The notes under the pieces were generated by a model that saw only the letters and a list, made by a program, of their open reading frames with translations, was not told the DNA's origin and ran no database searches. Shown here in pieces: positions 24,411 through 33,547 of a DNA stretch of 64,000 nucleotides. The position numbers and the translations under genes were made by a program. Source of the stretch: Anaerolineae bacterium. GTDB lineage: Bacteria; Chloroflexota; Anaerolineae; JACIWR01. Within the stretch, counting starts at the first letter, position 1, and the number at the start of each line of letters is the position of its first letter. The stretch is taken from assembly GCA_024653325.1 (NCBI GenBank), contig JANLFX010000006.1, forward strand, positions 2,803 to 66,802. Direction: 5' to 3'.

Positions 24411-25237
24411 AGAGCGATCTCGGCCACCTGTTCCAGGTCAACGTCGAAATCCGTAAGGGCGGTGGCCTGCTCGTCAGCGAGATCGTTCAATGGACCGGTG
24501 GTGATTTTTCTTGCGCAGAGTGAACGATAATGGCAGAAGAGACAGAGGCGCTCATCTGGGGTAAGGGGCCAGATCGCCTCGTTATGCTGTCCAATCTCCG
24601 CAACAAGTCTATGGAGATAGTCGCTATCGGCCAGGAACTGCCCGGTATCATAGGGGAAATATTCGGGTTGGGTAGGATAGTCGGCGAACCAGTATATCAT
24701 CTGCACCTGTTCTGGCCTGACGGGTTGCTTTTCGTTCAAGGGGGTACCGGCTTCGACCAAAAGATAGCGGTAGAGGCGCGTTTGCAGGCGGCTTTCCAGT
24801 GTTGAGCGCGCTGGACGGCGTGGCCCGGTCTTCCAATCTACAATAACCAGGCGTTCGCCAGGGGTCACGGCCACCAGATCGTACTTGGCTACCAGACGAT
24901 AGCCGCTCAGTGGGGCGGAAAGTACTATCTCCGCGCGGCGCAACCGGGAGGGCAGGGCGGGGGGCGGGGCCGTGAGGTAGTTGTGCCACCAACGGGCCAG
25001 GTCTGGATCGGTCACCGCGCGGGTCAGCACATCGGCGGGGATGCCCAATGTGTGCTGATAGACCAGACGATGGAATGCCTGTCCCATTTCCATGCGCTTT
25101 TCGGCTTCCGCCAGGGGCTCGGCCTGGGGCGCAGGCCAGGTGCACTGGAGAAGGTATCGCAACTGGAAACGGCGGGGACAGTCCACGTAGTCTTGCAGAT
25201 TCCCCTGGGTGAACTGAAAATTGGAGGGTATGGGCAT
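24407..25237 (-). CDS. PD-(D/E)XK nuclease, Cas4/AddB-like with four-Cys cluster motif
   Basis: ATG 25237 (MPIPSNFQFTQGNLQDYVDCPRRFQLRYL) follows AAGAGGA; ATG 25252 is an alternative. IVDWKTG (DxK motif). N-terminal Cys plus C-terminal CLFCHYRSLC gives the Cx(n)CxxCx5C pattern of Cas4-type Fe-S nucleases. Confidence 0.8.
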   Translation of the reverse strand: MPIPSNFQFTQGNLQDYVDCPRRFQLRYLLQCTWPAPQAEPLAEAEKRMEMGQAFHRLVYQHTLGIPADVLTRAVTDPDLARWWHNYLTAPPPALPSRLRRAEIVLSAPLSGYRLVAKYDLVAVTPGERLVIVDWKTGPRRPARSTLESRLQTRLYRYLLVEAGTPLNEKQPVRPEQVQMIYWFADYPTQPEYFPYDTGQFLADSDYLHRLVAEIGQHNEAIWPLTPDERLCLFCHYRSLCARKITTGPLNDLADEQATALTDFDVDLEQVAEIAL

Positions 25238-25294
25238 GGTGTCCTCTTTCATGGCCAGTGGTCAGTTGCTGGTTGCTAGCAACCGGCAACTGGT

Positions 25295-25486
25295 TTATTC
25301 CCAGCCGATGATCCAAACGCAAAGGCCAGCCAGCAGGATGGTGGCCACCACCAATGCTGCCATCTGCCCAGGTAGCAGGCCCACGTCTTTAGCGGCCCAC
25401 AGCAGCATGATGACCATGCCTAGGGCCAGGACGAACCAGGCTACCAGGCGGGGATGTTGTTCTACAAATTCACGGATTGCGGACAT
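25295..25486 (-). CDS. 63-aa two-helix membrane protein (hypothetical)
   Basis: AAGGAGG lies 8 nt before ATG 25486. MSAIREFVEQHPRLVAWFVLALGMVIMLLWAAKDVGLLPGQMAALVVATILLAGLCVWIIGWE. Confidence 0.6.
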   Translation of the reverse strand: MSAIREFVEQHPRLVAWFVLALGMVIMLLWAAKDVGLLPGQMAALVVATILLAGLCVWIIGWE

Positions 25487-25513
25487 TGTGTGTGTGCCTC
25501 CTTACTCGTTATT

Positions 25514-25687
25514 TCGACAATGTCACATTTGTCATTGCGAGGGCGCGAAGCGCCCGAAGCGATCTCCCAACAGGATAATGAGGTTGCTTCGCCGCCGGAG
25601 CCTGCTGCGAGCGAAGCGTAGCGGGCGGCTCGCAATGACAGGTAAAGTGGCTCAATGTGGCTCCCTGCTGAAATGTGACATTGTCGA
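25514..25687. repeat. MITE-like nested inverted-repeat element (174 bp)
   Basis: The outer arms are a perfect 17-bp inverted repeat, TCGACAATGTCACATTT (25514-25530) / AAATGTGACATTGTCGA (25671-25687). The inner arms are a perfect 11-bp inverted repeat, GTCATTGCGAG (25531-25541) / CTCGCAATGAC (25629-25639). The GC-rich core has further hairpins (GGGCGCgaaGCGCCC). No ORF. Confidence 0.7.
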
Positions 25688-25701
25688 GTTACTCTCGTCA
25701 G

Positions 25702-26454
25702 CTACAGAATGTGAGCCAGGAATCGCTTGGTACGTTCCTCTTTAGGGTTGGTAAGAAGCTCGTCAGGTGGGCCCATTTCGACCCAAACCCCTTCGTCCAT
25801 GAAAATTATTCTATCGGCCACGTCACGGGCGAAGTGCATCTCATGGGTAACGACGACCATGGTCATGCCCTCGTTAGCCAACCGTTCCATCACCTCCACG
25901 ACCTCGCCGATCAACTCGGGGTCGAGAGCGGAAGTAGGTTCGTCGAAGAGCATGATCTTGGGTTCCATGGCTAGAGCACGGGCAATGGCTACCCGTTGCT
26001 GTTGTCCACCTGACAGGCGGGACGGGTACTCATCTCTTTTTTCCGAGAGGCCGACCCAGGCCAGCAGTTCTTCAGCCTTAGCAATGGCTTTTTCCTCGGG
26101 CATTTTTTTGACGGTAATGGGGGCCTCGATGATATTGCCCAGGGCGGTCATGTGCGGAAAAAGGTTGAATTGCTGAAAGACCATACCGGCCTTCTGGCGA
26201 ATCTCCTGAATGCGCCGCCGGTGCTCGCGGCCCGGCTCCCTGGCCCTGATCTCCACCCCATCAATCTCCACGGTGCCATCTGAGGGCTCCTCCAGAAAGT
26301 TGAGGCAGCGCAGAAAAGTGCTCTTGCCTGCACCTGAGGGACCAATGATGACCACTACTTCACGAGGCATCACCTCCAGGTCCACACCCTTGATGACGTG
26401 CAGGGGGCCGAAATATTTATGCAAGCCGTGCACCTTGATTATCGGTTCAGTCAT
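25702..26454 (-). CDS. polar amino acid ABC transporter ATP-binding protein (GlnQ/HisP-like)
   Basis: ATG 26454 ([16 protein letters not shown]). [28 protein letters not shown]. Confidence 0.9.
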   Translation of the reverse strand: MTEPIIKVHGLHKYFGPLHVIKGVDLEVMPREVVVIIGPSGAGKSTFLRCLNFLEEPSDGTVEIDGVEIRAREPGREHRRRIQEIRQKAGMVFQQFNLFPHMTALGNIIEAPITVKKMPEEKAIAKAEELLAWVGLSEKRDEYPSRLSGGQQQRVAIARALAMEPKIMLFDEPTSALDPELIGEVVEVMERLANEGMTMVVVTHEMHFARDVADRIIFMDEGVWVEMGPPDELLTNPKEERTKRFLAHIL

Positions 26455-26507
26455 TCCATCCCTCCAACCTTCCAGCCTTCCGTCTTCCACCCTCCCATCC
26501 TCCCCCC

Positions 26508-28676
26508 TTACCTCCTCTCCCCACGGGCCATGTAGGTTTCCAGCTTGCCCTGGAAGAACTGGAAAACAATGGTCAAAATCCAGTAAAAAGCAGCCGCAAT
26601 GAGGAAAGTCTCCAGGTTCCGAAAGTTCTGCCGGCCAAGCTTTTGGGCCCGAAAAGTCAATTCCTGTACGGTGATCATAGACACCAGGGCCGAGTCCTTC
26701 ATCATGGCGATGAATTCATTGCCGATGGGCGGGATAACAATACGCAGGGCCTGGGGCATAACAATGCGACGGAAAGTTTGGCTGGATGACATGCCCAGGG
26801 CGTGGGCCGCCTCATACTGCCCGATGCCAATGGCTTGAATGCCGGCCCGGAAGATCTCGGTCATGTAGGCCCCGTAATTGACCCCTAAAGCCAGGATGCC
26901 GGCCAGTTTAGGTTCCAAAGTGATGCCGAGCTGCGGCAGTGCCAGGTACCAGATGAAAATCTGAACCAGCAGGGGCGTGCCTCGGATGAGGGAGATGTAA
27001 AAGCCGGAGATGCCATTAGCTGCCGGGTTGTTAGATAACCGGGCCAATGCGCCTATTAGGGCCAGGATGGTGGCCAGGGCAATGGCCGCCGCCGAGATGA
27101 ACATCGTCAGCCCTGCGCCGCCCATGATAAAGGGCAACCACTTGCGCATAAAGGCAATGTCCAAGCCAAAGCGACGCAGCACGGAAAAGAGCAATATGAA
27201 AATGAACAGCCACGTGGCCATGACGAACAGCCCAAAACGTATATTCCCAGATCGCCGGGCCGCCATCAACTGTTCAGCCAGAGAGGTCGCCTCGGGAGCC
27301 TGGTAGGGAATGGCAATAGCATCATGTCGGATATAGGCTACCAGGAAGATATACCAGACGAGCAGGAGTATCAACGGCCAGGCGATGTTGAGTCGAACGC
27401 TCCAGGAGATGGGGTAGGCAGTAGTTTCCAGAAGGGGGAGCACAATGCTGAACAATGGACCGATGGTGTACAATGCCAAAGATCCCAGATGCCCCCAGGT
27501 ATGCACACGCCACAGCCCCCAGGCCAGCACCAAACCCAACAGGCCACTGCCCAGCATCCAGGCGGCCAGCACCGTCCCCCACACCGGCATGAGACCCAGC
27601 CTGGTCCATACCAGATGACGCTCCAGTTGATTGACGCCGTCCCACAGTCGGACACTTCCATCGGATCCGCCGGAGATAATCGTGTCTGCATCAGCGCCAA
27701 AAGCCACGCTGGTCACTGTACCGAGGTGACCTCCGAAGAGGCCAGCAAACTTGCCACCGGACACCCTCCAGCGGCGGACGTAGTTATCCGCACCGCTGGA
27801 GAGAAGATATTCACTGGAAGCATCGAAAACTACTTTGGTGACTGAGGCCAGATGCCCCTTCGTCGCCCAGGCAACCTTACTCTTCTCAATGTCCCAGATG
27901 AGGACGGTACCCCCGTCACTTCCCGAGGCCAGGTAATTGCCATCAGGGCTGAAGGCCAGGGCGGTCACTTTTTCACCCTGACCTGGCTGGCCTTCCGTTT
28001 CTTCGCCCTCTACGTATCCCTCCAGTCTGTGCAAGGAGATTCCAGTACGGGCTTCCCAAATCTGGATTTGCTCACCGTCACCAGCAGCCACCAGGGTGCC
28101 GTCGTGACTAAGAGCCACGGCCAATTTGGTACTCTCGCCGGGACCGATGGCCTGGAGCACCTGCCCTGATTCTGGGTCCCACACGCGGACGATACCGTCC
28201 TTTCCTATCGTGGCTAGAAGCGAGCCATTGGCAGCCACGGCCAGGCTGTTCAGCGGTCCATCGGCGGTAGCCAGTACTTTTTTAGCCTGACCGCCAGTTG
28301 AACCGGCGCTGAGCACTGTCTGGACATCCCATATCAGGACCTTACCGTCCTGACCAACCGAGAACAAAGTTGAAGCGGAGGAATCAAAGGCCACACCGGT
28401 GACCGGGCCAGTGTGGCCAGCGAGGGTTAGCATGTTCCACCCGTTAGCTATATTCCACAGGCGAATTGCTCCATCCTGTGCGCCGGCGGCGACCAGGTTG
28501 CCGTCGCCACTCACTGCCAGGTCATACACCGGGCTGGTTACGGCTAACCGCAGCGGTCCGCCGGCATAGTATTGGATGCCATAAAGCAGACTCAGTCCGG
28601 CGGTGAGGGCGACCAGCAGGCATAAAAGTTTCATCGCCCTCGAAAGAGGGAGGTGTGAACCGGTTGAAATATCCAA
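26508..28676 (-). CDS. fusion: signal-anchor + seven WD40 repeats + four extra TM helices + polar-amino-acid ABC permease (HisM/GlnP-type)
   Basis: TTG 28676 lies 9 nt after GAGGAG. Seven repeats of the type [10 protein letters not shown]....L.S.G.DG.V.IWD. C-terminal part: [17 protein letters not shown]..., EAA loop [26 protein letters not shown]. Confidence 0.85.
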   Translation of the reverse strand: MDISTGSHLPLSRAMKLLCLLVALTAGLSLLYGIQYYAGGPLRLAVTSPVYDLAVSGDGNLVAAGAQDGAIRLWNIANGWNMLTLAGHTGPVTGVAFDSSASTLFSVGQDGKVLIWDVQTVLSAGSTGGQAKKVLATADGPLNSLAVAANGSLLATIGKDGIVRVWDPESGQVLQAIGPGESTKLAVALSHDGTLVAAGDGEQIQIWEARTGISLHRLEGYVEGEETEGQPGQGEKVTALAFSPDGNYLASGSDGGTVLIWDIEKSKVAWATKGHLASVTKVVFDASSEYLLSSGADNYVRRWRVSGGKFAGLFGGHLGTVTSVAFGADADTIISGGSDGSVRLWDGVNQLERHLVWTRLGLMPVWGTVLAAWMLGSGLLGLVLAWGLWRVHTWGHLGSLALYTIGPLFSIVLPLLETTAYPISWSVRLNIAWPLILLLVWYIFLVAYIRHDAIAIPYQAPEATSLAEQLMAARRSGNIRFGLFVMATWLFIFILLFSVLRRFGLDIAFMRKWLPFIMGGAGLTMFISAAAIALATILALIGALARLSNNPAANGISGFYISLIRGTPLLVQIFIWYLALPQLGITLEPKLAGILALGVNYGAYMTEIFRAGIQAIGIGQYEAAHALGMSSSQTFRRIVMPQALRIVIPPIGNEFIAMMKDSALVSMITVQELTFRAQKLGRQNFRNLETFLIAAAFYWILTIVFQFFQGKLETYMARGERR

Positions 28677-28739
28677 TGCCCTTATCTCCTCATCAGTACT
28701 TGTTTACCGCCTATCCCAAAAGTGGTTGTAGTAGCGGCT

Positions 28740-28765
28740 GTAGGACAAGCTTAAGCTCGTCCTAC
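28740..28765. repeat. GTAG-flanked hairpin whose GTAG supplies the TAG stop of the OppF-like gene
   Basis: GTAGGACAAGC ttaa GCTCGTCCTAC. On the minus strand the TAG is at 28764-28762. Confidence 0.8.
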
Positions 28766-29757
28766 ATAGTATCGTGATGGCAGGCTACGAAATGATCTTT
28801 CTGTACCTCACGCAGCTCTGGCTCGACTTTAGTGCATTCTTCCTGGGCAGCGGGACAGCGCGGGTGGAATCGGCAACCAGTAGGTGGGTTGATCGGGTTA
28901 GGGATTTCTCCCCGCGGCATGGCCGCCGTGCGGCGGAAACGTGGATCGGGGACGGGCACCGCGGCCAACAGCGCCTGGGTGTAGGGATGCAGTGCATGGC
29001 GGTATACATCGGTTAATCGTCCCATCTCCACGATGCGGCCCAGATACATGATGGCAATACGGTCGCAGATGTATTTGGCAGTGGCCAGGTCGTGGGTGAT
29101 GAAAAGGTAGGTCAGGTTGAAATCCTGTTTCAGTTGTAACATCAGGTCTAGGAGCAAAGCTCGTACCGAGACGTCGGCCATGGCGATGGGTTCGTCGGCG
29201 ACGATGAGGTCCGGGTGCAGGATCAGCGCCCGGGCGATGACGGCTCTTTGTCGCTGCCCGCCACTCAGTTGATGCGGGTATTTGTTGTACAGAACGTGGG
29301 CCGGGGTCAGTCCCACGCGCTCCATCATTTCTAACACCCGGCGGCGTTTCTCTTCTCCTCGGGCCTCGTCGAAAATCACCAGGCTGTGGCCGATGGCGTC
29401 GCCAGTCTTCATTCTGGGGTTCATGGAGGCCAGCGGATCCTGGAAGATGACCTGCATACGCTTTCGCATCCGGCGCATTTCTTCTTTGCTCAGCGAGGCC
29501 AGGTTCACTCCGTCGAACACGATGTTTCCGTCGGTCGGCTCTTCCAGACGCAGGATCAGTCGTCCGGTCGTCGTTTTGCCGCTCCCGCTTTCGCCCGCCA
29601 GCCCAAAGACCTCGCCACGACGGATGTCGATGTCTATCCCGTCTACGGCATGCACGAATTGCCGCTGGCGAGTTACCAGGCGTTCGATGAAGCTTTTCTG
29701 GACAGGAAACCACTTTTTCAGGCCCCTGACCTCAACCAGGTTCTCGGATTCCGGCAT
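28762..29757 (-). CDS. oligopeptide/dipeptide ABC transporter ATP-binding protein (OppF/DppF-like)
   Basis: [28 protein letters not shown], and the C-terminal oligopeptide-type extension with [12 protein letters not shown]. Confidence 0.9.
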   Translation of the reverse strand: MPESENLVEVRGLKKWFPVQKSFIERLVTRQRQFVHAVDGIDIDIRRGEVFGLAGESGSGKTTTGRLILRLEEPTDGNIVFDGVNLASLSKEEMRRMRKRMQVIFQDPLASMNPRMKTGDAIGHSLVIFDEARGEEKRRRVLEMMERVGLTPAHVLYNKYPHQLSGGQRQRAVIARALILHPDLIVADEPIAMADVSVRALLLDLMLQLKQDFNLTYLFITHDLATAKYICDRIAIMYLGRIVEMGRLTDVYRHALHPYTQALLAAVPVPDPRFRRTAAMPRGEIPNPINPPTGCRFHPRCPAAQEECTKVEPELREVQKDHFVACHHDTM

Positions 29758-29779
29758 TTACTCTCCTCTGTCAGCAGGT

Positions 29780-30742
29780 TTATTTCTCATACAGCCAACA
29801 AGCGGTCCAGTGGCCAAGCTCTACTTCCTTAAAGAGCGGCTCCTCGACGCGACAGCGCTCCATCGCGCGGGGGCAACGGGGGTGGAACCGACAGCCAGGG
29901 GGCGGGTTGATCAGATCAGGCGGTGATCCGCTCATAATCTGCAGGCGGTCTTCGGTGAGGCTGATGTTGGGCACTGAACTCAAGAGCCCTCTGGTATAAG
30001 GATGAAGGGGAGTATCAAAGAGGGGGAGAGCCTCAGCCAATTCCACCAGCTTACCGGCGTACATCACCGCTACCCGGTCGGCCAGTTCGGCCACGACACC
30101 GATGTTGTGGGTGATAAGGATGATGGTCAGCTTGAACTGCTGTTGCAGGTCTCGGAGCAGGTCCAGAAACTGGGCCTCGACGATCACGTCCAACGAGGTT
30201 GTCGGCTCATCGGCGATGATCAGGTCGGCGTTCAGGGCCAGGGCCAACCCAATCATCACCCGCTGGCGCATACCACCGCTGAACTGGTGTGGGTAATCGT
30301 CCAGCCGTTCAGCTCTGATGCCCAGTCGGTCAATCAACTGCGCTGCCAGCCGGCGGGCTTCATGCTTGTCCTGAGACCCATGAGTACGGATGGTCTCAAG
30401 GAAATGATCGCTGATGCGCTGCAAGGGGTTCAGGCAGGTCATAGGGTCTTGAAAGACGGTGGAGATGCGTGCGCCACGAAGGCGGCGCATTTCTTCCTCG
30501 CTCAACTCCAACAGGTTCTGGCCGTCGAAAATGATCTTGCCGCCGACGATTTTGCCGGGCGGGCGTAACAAGCGCAGGATAGCCATGCCCAACGTGGATT
30601 TGCCACAGCCCGATTCACCTACCAGGCCCAGCACTTCGCCGCTGTACACCGTCAGGCTAACGTCATCCACTGCCCGCACGATGCCGGCTCTGGTGGGATA
30701 ATCTATGCGCAAATTGCTTATCTCTAAAACCCGCTCGTTCAT
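29780..30742 (-). CDS. oligopeptide/dipeptide ABC transporter ATP-binding protein (OppD/DppD-like)
   Basis: ATG 30742 is in an ATGA overlap with the permease stop. [40 protein letters not shown]. Confidence 0.9.
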   Translation of the reverse strand: MNERVLEISNLRIDYPTRAGIVRAVDDVSLTVYSGEVLGLVGESGCGKSTLGMAILRLLRPPGKIVGGKIIFDGQNLLELSEEEMRRLRGARISTVFQDPMTCLNPLQRISDHFLETIRTHGSQDKHEARRLAAQLIDRLGIRAERLDDYPHQFSGGMRQRVMIGLALALNADLIIADEPTTSLDVIVEAQFLDLLRDLQQQFKLTIILITHNIGVVAELADRVAVMYAGKLVELAEALPLFDTPLHPYTRGLLSSVPNISLTEDRLQIMSGSPPDLINPPPGCRFHPRCPRAMERCRVEEPLFKEVELGHWTACWLYEK

Positions 30743-31992
30743 ACTTCGGCCAACCTCGGATTCAATATCTCGCTCAGTCCCTCGCCGAACATGCTGAAGC
30801 CCATCGCCACCAGGATAATCATCAGGCCGGGGAAGGTTACCATCCACCACTGACCGGCGGCCAGAAATTGCCGGCCTTTACTGATGTCGTATCCCCAGTC
30901 CGGGGTCGGCGGGGGCAGGCCCAGGCCGATGAAACTCAAACCGGCCTCGGTCAATATGGCATCGGCGATGTTGACTGAGAAGATGACAACGATAGAGGCA
31001 ATCACGTTGGGAAAGATGTATTGGAAGAGAATGGTCAGCGGCCTGGCGCCCAGACTGCGGGCCGCTTCAATGTAGAGTTGCTGTTTGATGGCCAGGACCT
31101 GTCCACGGACCATTCTGAAGAAAGTTGGCATGTAGACCACCGCAATGGCCACGGTGGTGGTCATCGTGCCGGTGATCACCGCAGTCTGGTCACCGCTCAG
31201 TCGCAGGCCAACGGCTCCCGTGACGTTTTTCAGCACCTGTTGCATCTGGAGTTGCAGCACTGCGGCCATGGCGATGGCCAGGATGAGGCCCGGAAAGGAG
31301 TAGATGCTGTCCATGATGAGAGAAAGGACGCGGTCAATCGTGCCCCCGATGAAGCCGGAAAGCAACCCCGTGGGTACCCCCACCAATGCCGAGAATCCGG
31401 CTGACAGGATGGCTACCAGCAGTACTGCCCGCGCACCGAAGATAATGCGGCTCAGGATATCGCGGCCCAGGTTGTCGGTGCCTAACACGAAGGTCGGGCC
31501 GAAGGGTGCCCCGATCTGTTTCAACCGATCACCGTAAGCCGACATGAGTGCAGGGGCCACATTTTCCTCCACCAGGAGAGCATCCACCTGGCCCGCGGCC
31601 AGGGCTTCAAAGCACTCCTCGATTTTATAGAACTTCTTGACCTTAGCATTCAGTTCCAGGGCGCAGAACTGGCCGGTGGTATTGGCCCGCACGCCCACCA
31701 GGGTTCCAGCCAGGTCGGCGGGCTGCTGGATGGTCTCCTCGTCGGAGCGCACGATCAGAACCTGACGCCCTTTGCCCGGTGGGGTGAAGGGTGAACCGAC
31801 AGACTTGACGGGATCGTAAGGGGCCAGATGGGGGGCCAAAATGGTCATCAGGAAAATCAAAATCAGGATAACAGCACCGGACACAGTAATGTACCACTCG
31901 GCGCCGTACCATTTTGCGCCCCTGAAAAAACGGGCAATGAGGCCGATGTTCTCATCAAAAGTCAGGCTGGTTTCAGCAGATTGAATGGCCAT
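30739..31992 (-). CDS. OppC/DppC-type ABC permease with a roughly 100-aa binding-protein-lobe-like insert in the first external loop
   Basis: TM1, then ...DLAGTLVGVRANTTGQFCALELNAKVKKFYKIEECFEALAAGQVDALLVEENVAP... precedes the canonical LGTDNLGRDILSRIIFGAR. The EAA region is present. Confidence 0.85.
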   Translation of the reverse strand: MAIQSAETSLTFDENIGLIARFFRGAKWYGAEWYITVSGAVILILIFLMTILAPHLAPYDPVKSVGSPFTPPGKGRQVLIVRSDEETIQQPADLAGTLVGVRANTTGQFCALELNAKVKKFYKIEECFEALAAGQVDALLVEENVAPALMSAYGDRLKQIGAPFGPTFVLGTDNLGRDILSRIIFGARAVLLVAILSAGFSALVGVPTGLLSGFIGGTIDRVLSLIMDSIYSFPGLILAIAMAAVLQLQMQQVLKNVTGAVGLRLSGDQTAVITGTMTTTVAIAVVYMPTFFRMVRGQVLAIKQQLYIEAARSLGARPLTILFQYIFPNVIASIVVIFSVNIADAILTEAGLSFIGLGLPPPTPDWGYDISKGRQFLAAGQWWMVTFPGLMIILVAMGFSMFGEGLSEILNPRLAEV

Positions 31993-32003
31993 GATTTATC
32001 GTC

Positions 32004-33434
32004 CTAATAACGAATGCGCGGGTCAATGTAAGCGTAGATAATATCCACGAGCAGGCTGACGCCGGCAACCAAAAAAGCGAACACCACGATCGTGCCCTGA
32101 ATAGTGGAGAAATCGCGGTCGTATATGCGGCGCACCAGCATGTTGCCCAGGCCCGGCCATGAGAAAGTCGTTTCGGTGAGGACGGCGCCGGCCAGCAGCA
32201 GGGCAAACTGCAAGCCCATCATGGTGAGAATAGGGATGAAAGCATTCTTCAAAGCGTGCTTGTAGACCACTACCCGCTCCGGGATGCCCCGCGCCCGGGC
32301 AGCCACGATGTAATCCTGCCGCAGGACGTCCAGCATGTTCGAGCGGGTAAGCCGGGTGAAAATACCGGATAGATAAAGCCCCAGTGTGAGGCTGGGCATG
32401 ATCAGGTACTTGATAGAGCTGACCAGGCTGGTGGCATTCCCCGTCAACAGGCTGTCCAGCACGTAAAGGCCCGTGATCTGCCGGGGAGCTATTTCTGGGC
32501 CAATGCGCCCGGCGACGGGCAGCCACCCGAGGCGGACTCCCAGGATCATCTGCAGGACCAGGCCTAGCCAGAAAATGGGCACGGAATAGATGATGATGCT
32601 GAAGATGCGCAGGCCGTAGTCCAGGGGACTCCGGCGTTTTTGAGCAGCAAAGGCCCCGGTCGAGACGCCGATGAGCATAGTGACGATCATCCCTCCCACG
32701 GCCAATTCCACCGTGGCCGGGAATCGGTCGGCGATCTCCGATAACACCGGGCGTCTTTGGGTCATGGACGTGCCGAGATCGCCGTGCAGCAGATTCCAGA
32801 GGTAGATGAAGTACTGGCTGTCGAAGGGGTTAATCCGTATCTCGAACCGCTCAGATGGGGCCCACCCCTCTGTTTGCCTGGTGGTGATGACTTCGGCCCA
32901 GTCTCCCTCTACTCTTACCCTCTTGATAGTCTCTCCTGCGCTCAGGTGTTCGACCACCTTGCTGCCTGCGGTATCGGCGTAAATATCGGTTTCGGATGCG
33001 GCTCGCGCTGTAGAGAAGAGCCGTTCTCGAAGGCCGATGCGCAGATCTTTTACCCGTACCCAGCCTTGCACCTGTTCGGTGGCTGCCAGCCAGAGCCAGC
33101 CCTCTTCGGAAGTCCAGCCGGTGATCCTGAGTTTTTCTTCTTTCTCAATCGGTCGCAGGATCCGCGAGTCTGTCTTGGGCTTTTCGTAAAGATTTGCCGT
33201 CTCTTTGGCAATGGCTGTGCTACCCCGAAAGTTGAAAAGCACTGGCTTATCCAACCCCAATGCGTGCCGCAGGTTTCGGAGTTGCTCCTCGGACGCCGTC
33301 TCCCGCAACATGGCCAGCGCCGGGTCACCGGGCATGACGCGCAGGATGACAAACACCAGGGTGACCAGAATCAGCACCATGGGCACGGTCATGAGCAGGC
33401 GGGTGAGGATGTGCGCACGCAGTGACGATCCCAT
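32004..33434 (-). CDS. OppB/DppB-type ABC permease with a roughly 150-aa insert resembling two SH3b domains
   Basis: ATG 33434 lies 8 nt after AGGAG (the ORF-track N-terminal extension is rejected). LGLDKPV, then ANLYEKPKTDSRILRPIEKEEKLRITGW...GWVRVKDL and TDIYADTAGSKVVEHLSAGETIKRVRVEGDWAEVITTRQTEGWAPSERF, then QYFIYLWNLLHGDLGTS. Confidence 0.85.
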   Translation of the reverse strand: MGSSLRAHILTRLLMTVPMVLILVTLVFVILRVMPGDPALAMLRETASEEQLRNLRHALGLDKPVLFNFRGSTAIAKETANLYEKPKTDSRILRPIEKEEKLRITGWTSEEGWLWLAATEQVQGWVRVKDLRIGLRERLFSTARAASETDIYADTAGSKVVEHLSAGETIKRVRVEGDWAEVITTRQTEGWAPSERFEIRINPFDSQYFIYLWNLLHGDLGTSMTQRRPVLSEIADRFPATVELAVGGMIVTMLIGVSTGAFAAQKRRSPLDYGLRIFSIIIYSVPIFWLGLVLQMILGVRLGWLPVAGRIGPEIAPRQITGLYVLDSLLTGNATSLVSSIKYLIMPSLTLGLYLSGIFTRLTRSNMLDVLRQDYIVAARARGIPERVVVYKHALKNAFIPILTMMGLQFALLLAGAVLTETTFSWPGLGNMLVRRIYDRDFSTIQGTIVVFAFLVAGVSLLVDIIYAYIDPRIRY

Positions 33435-33515
33435 TAAGATTACTCCTGCATTTTGCGAAAGAGAGGGGTTTTGGCAGGCCAGCCAGCGCCCACCAAGACC
33501 CCTCATTGCTATCTT

Positions 33516-33541
33516 GTAGAACGGGCTTAAGCCCGTTTTAC
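33516..33541. repeat. GTAG-type hairpin between the binding-protein gene and the permease gene
   Basis: GTAGAACGGGC ttaa GCCCGTTTTAC. Confidence 0.75.
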
Positions 33542-33547
33542 TACCAC

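Noticed and set aside
23850-25300. Integrated mobile element at the tRNA cluster
   Set aside because: There is no integrase, excisionase or phage gene, and I found no direct repeat of a tRNA 3' end. The flanking genes look chromosomal.
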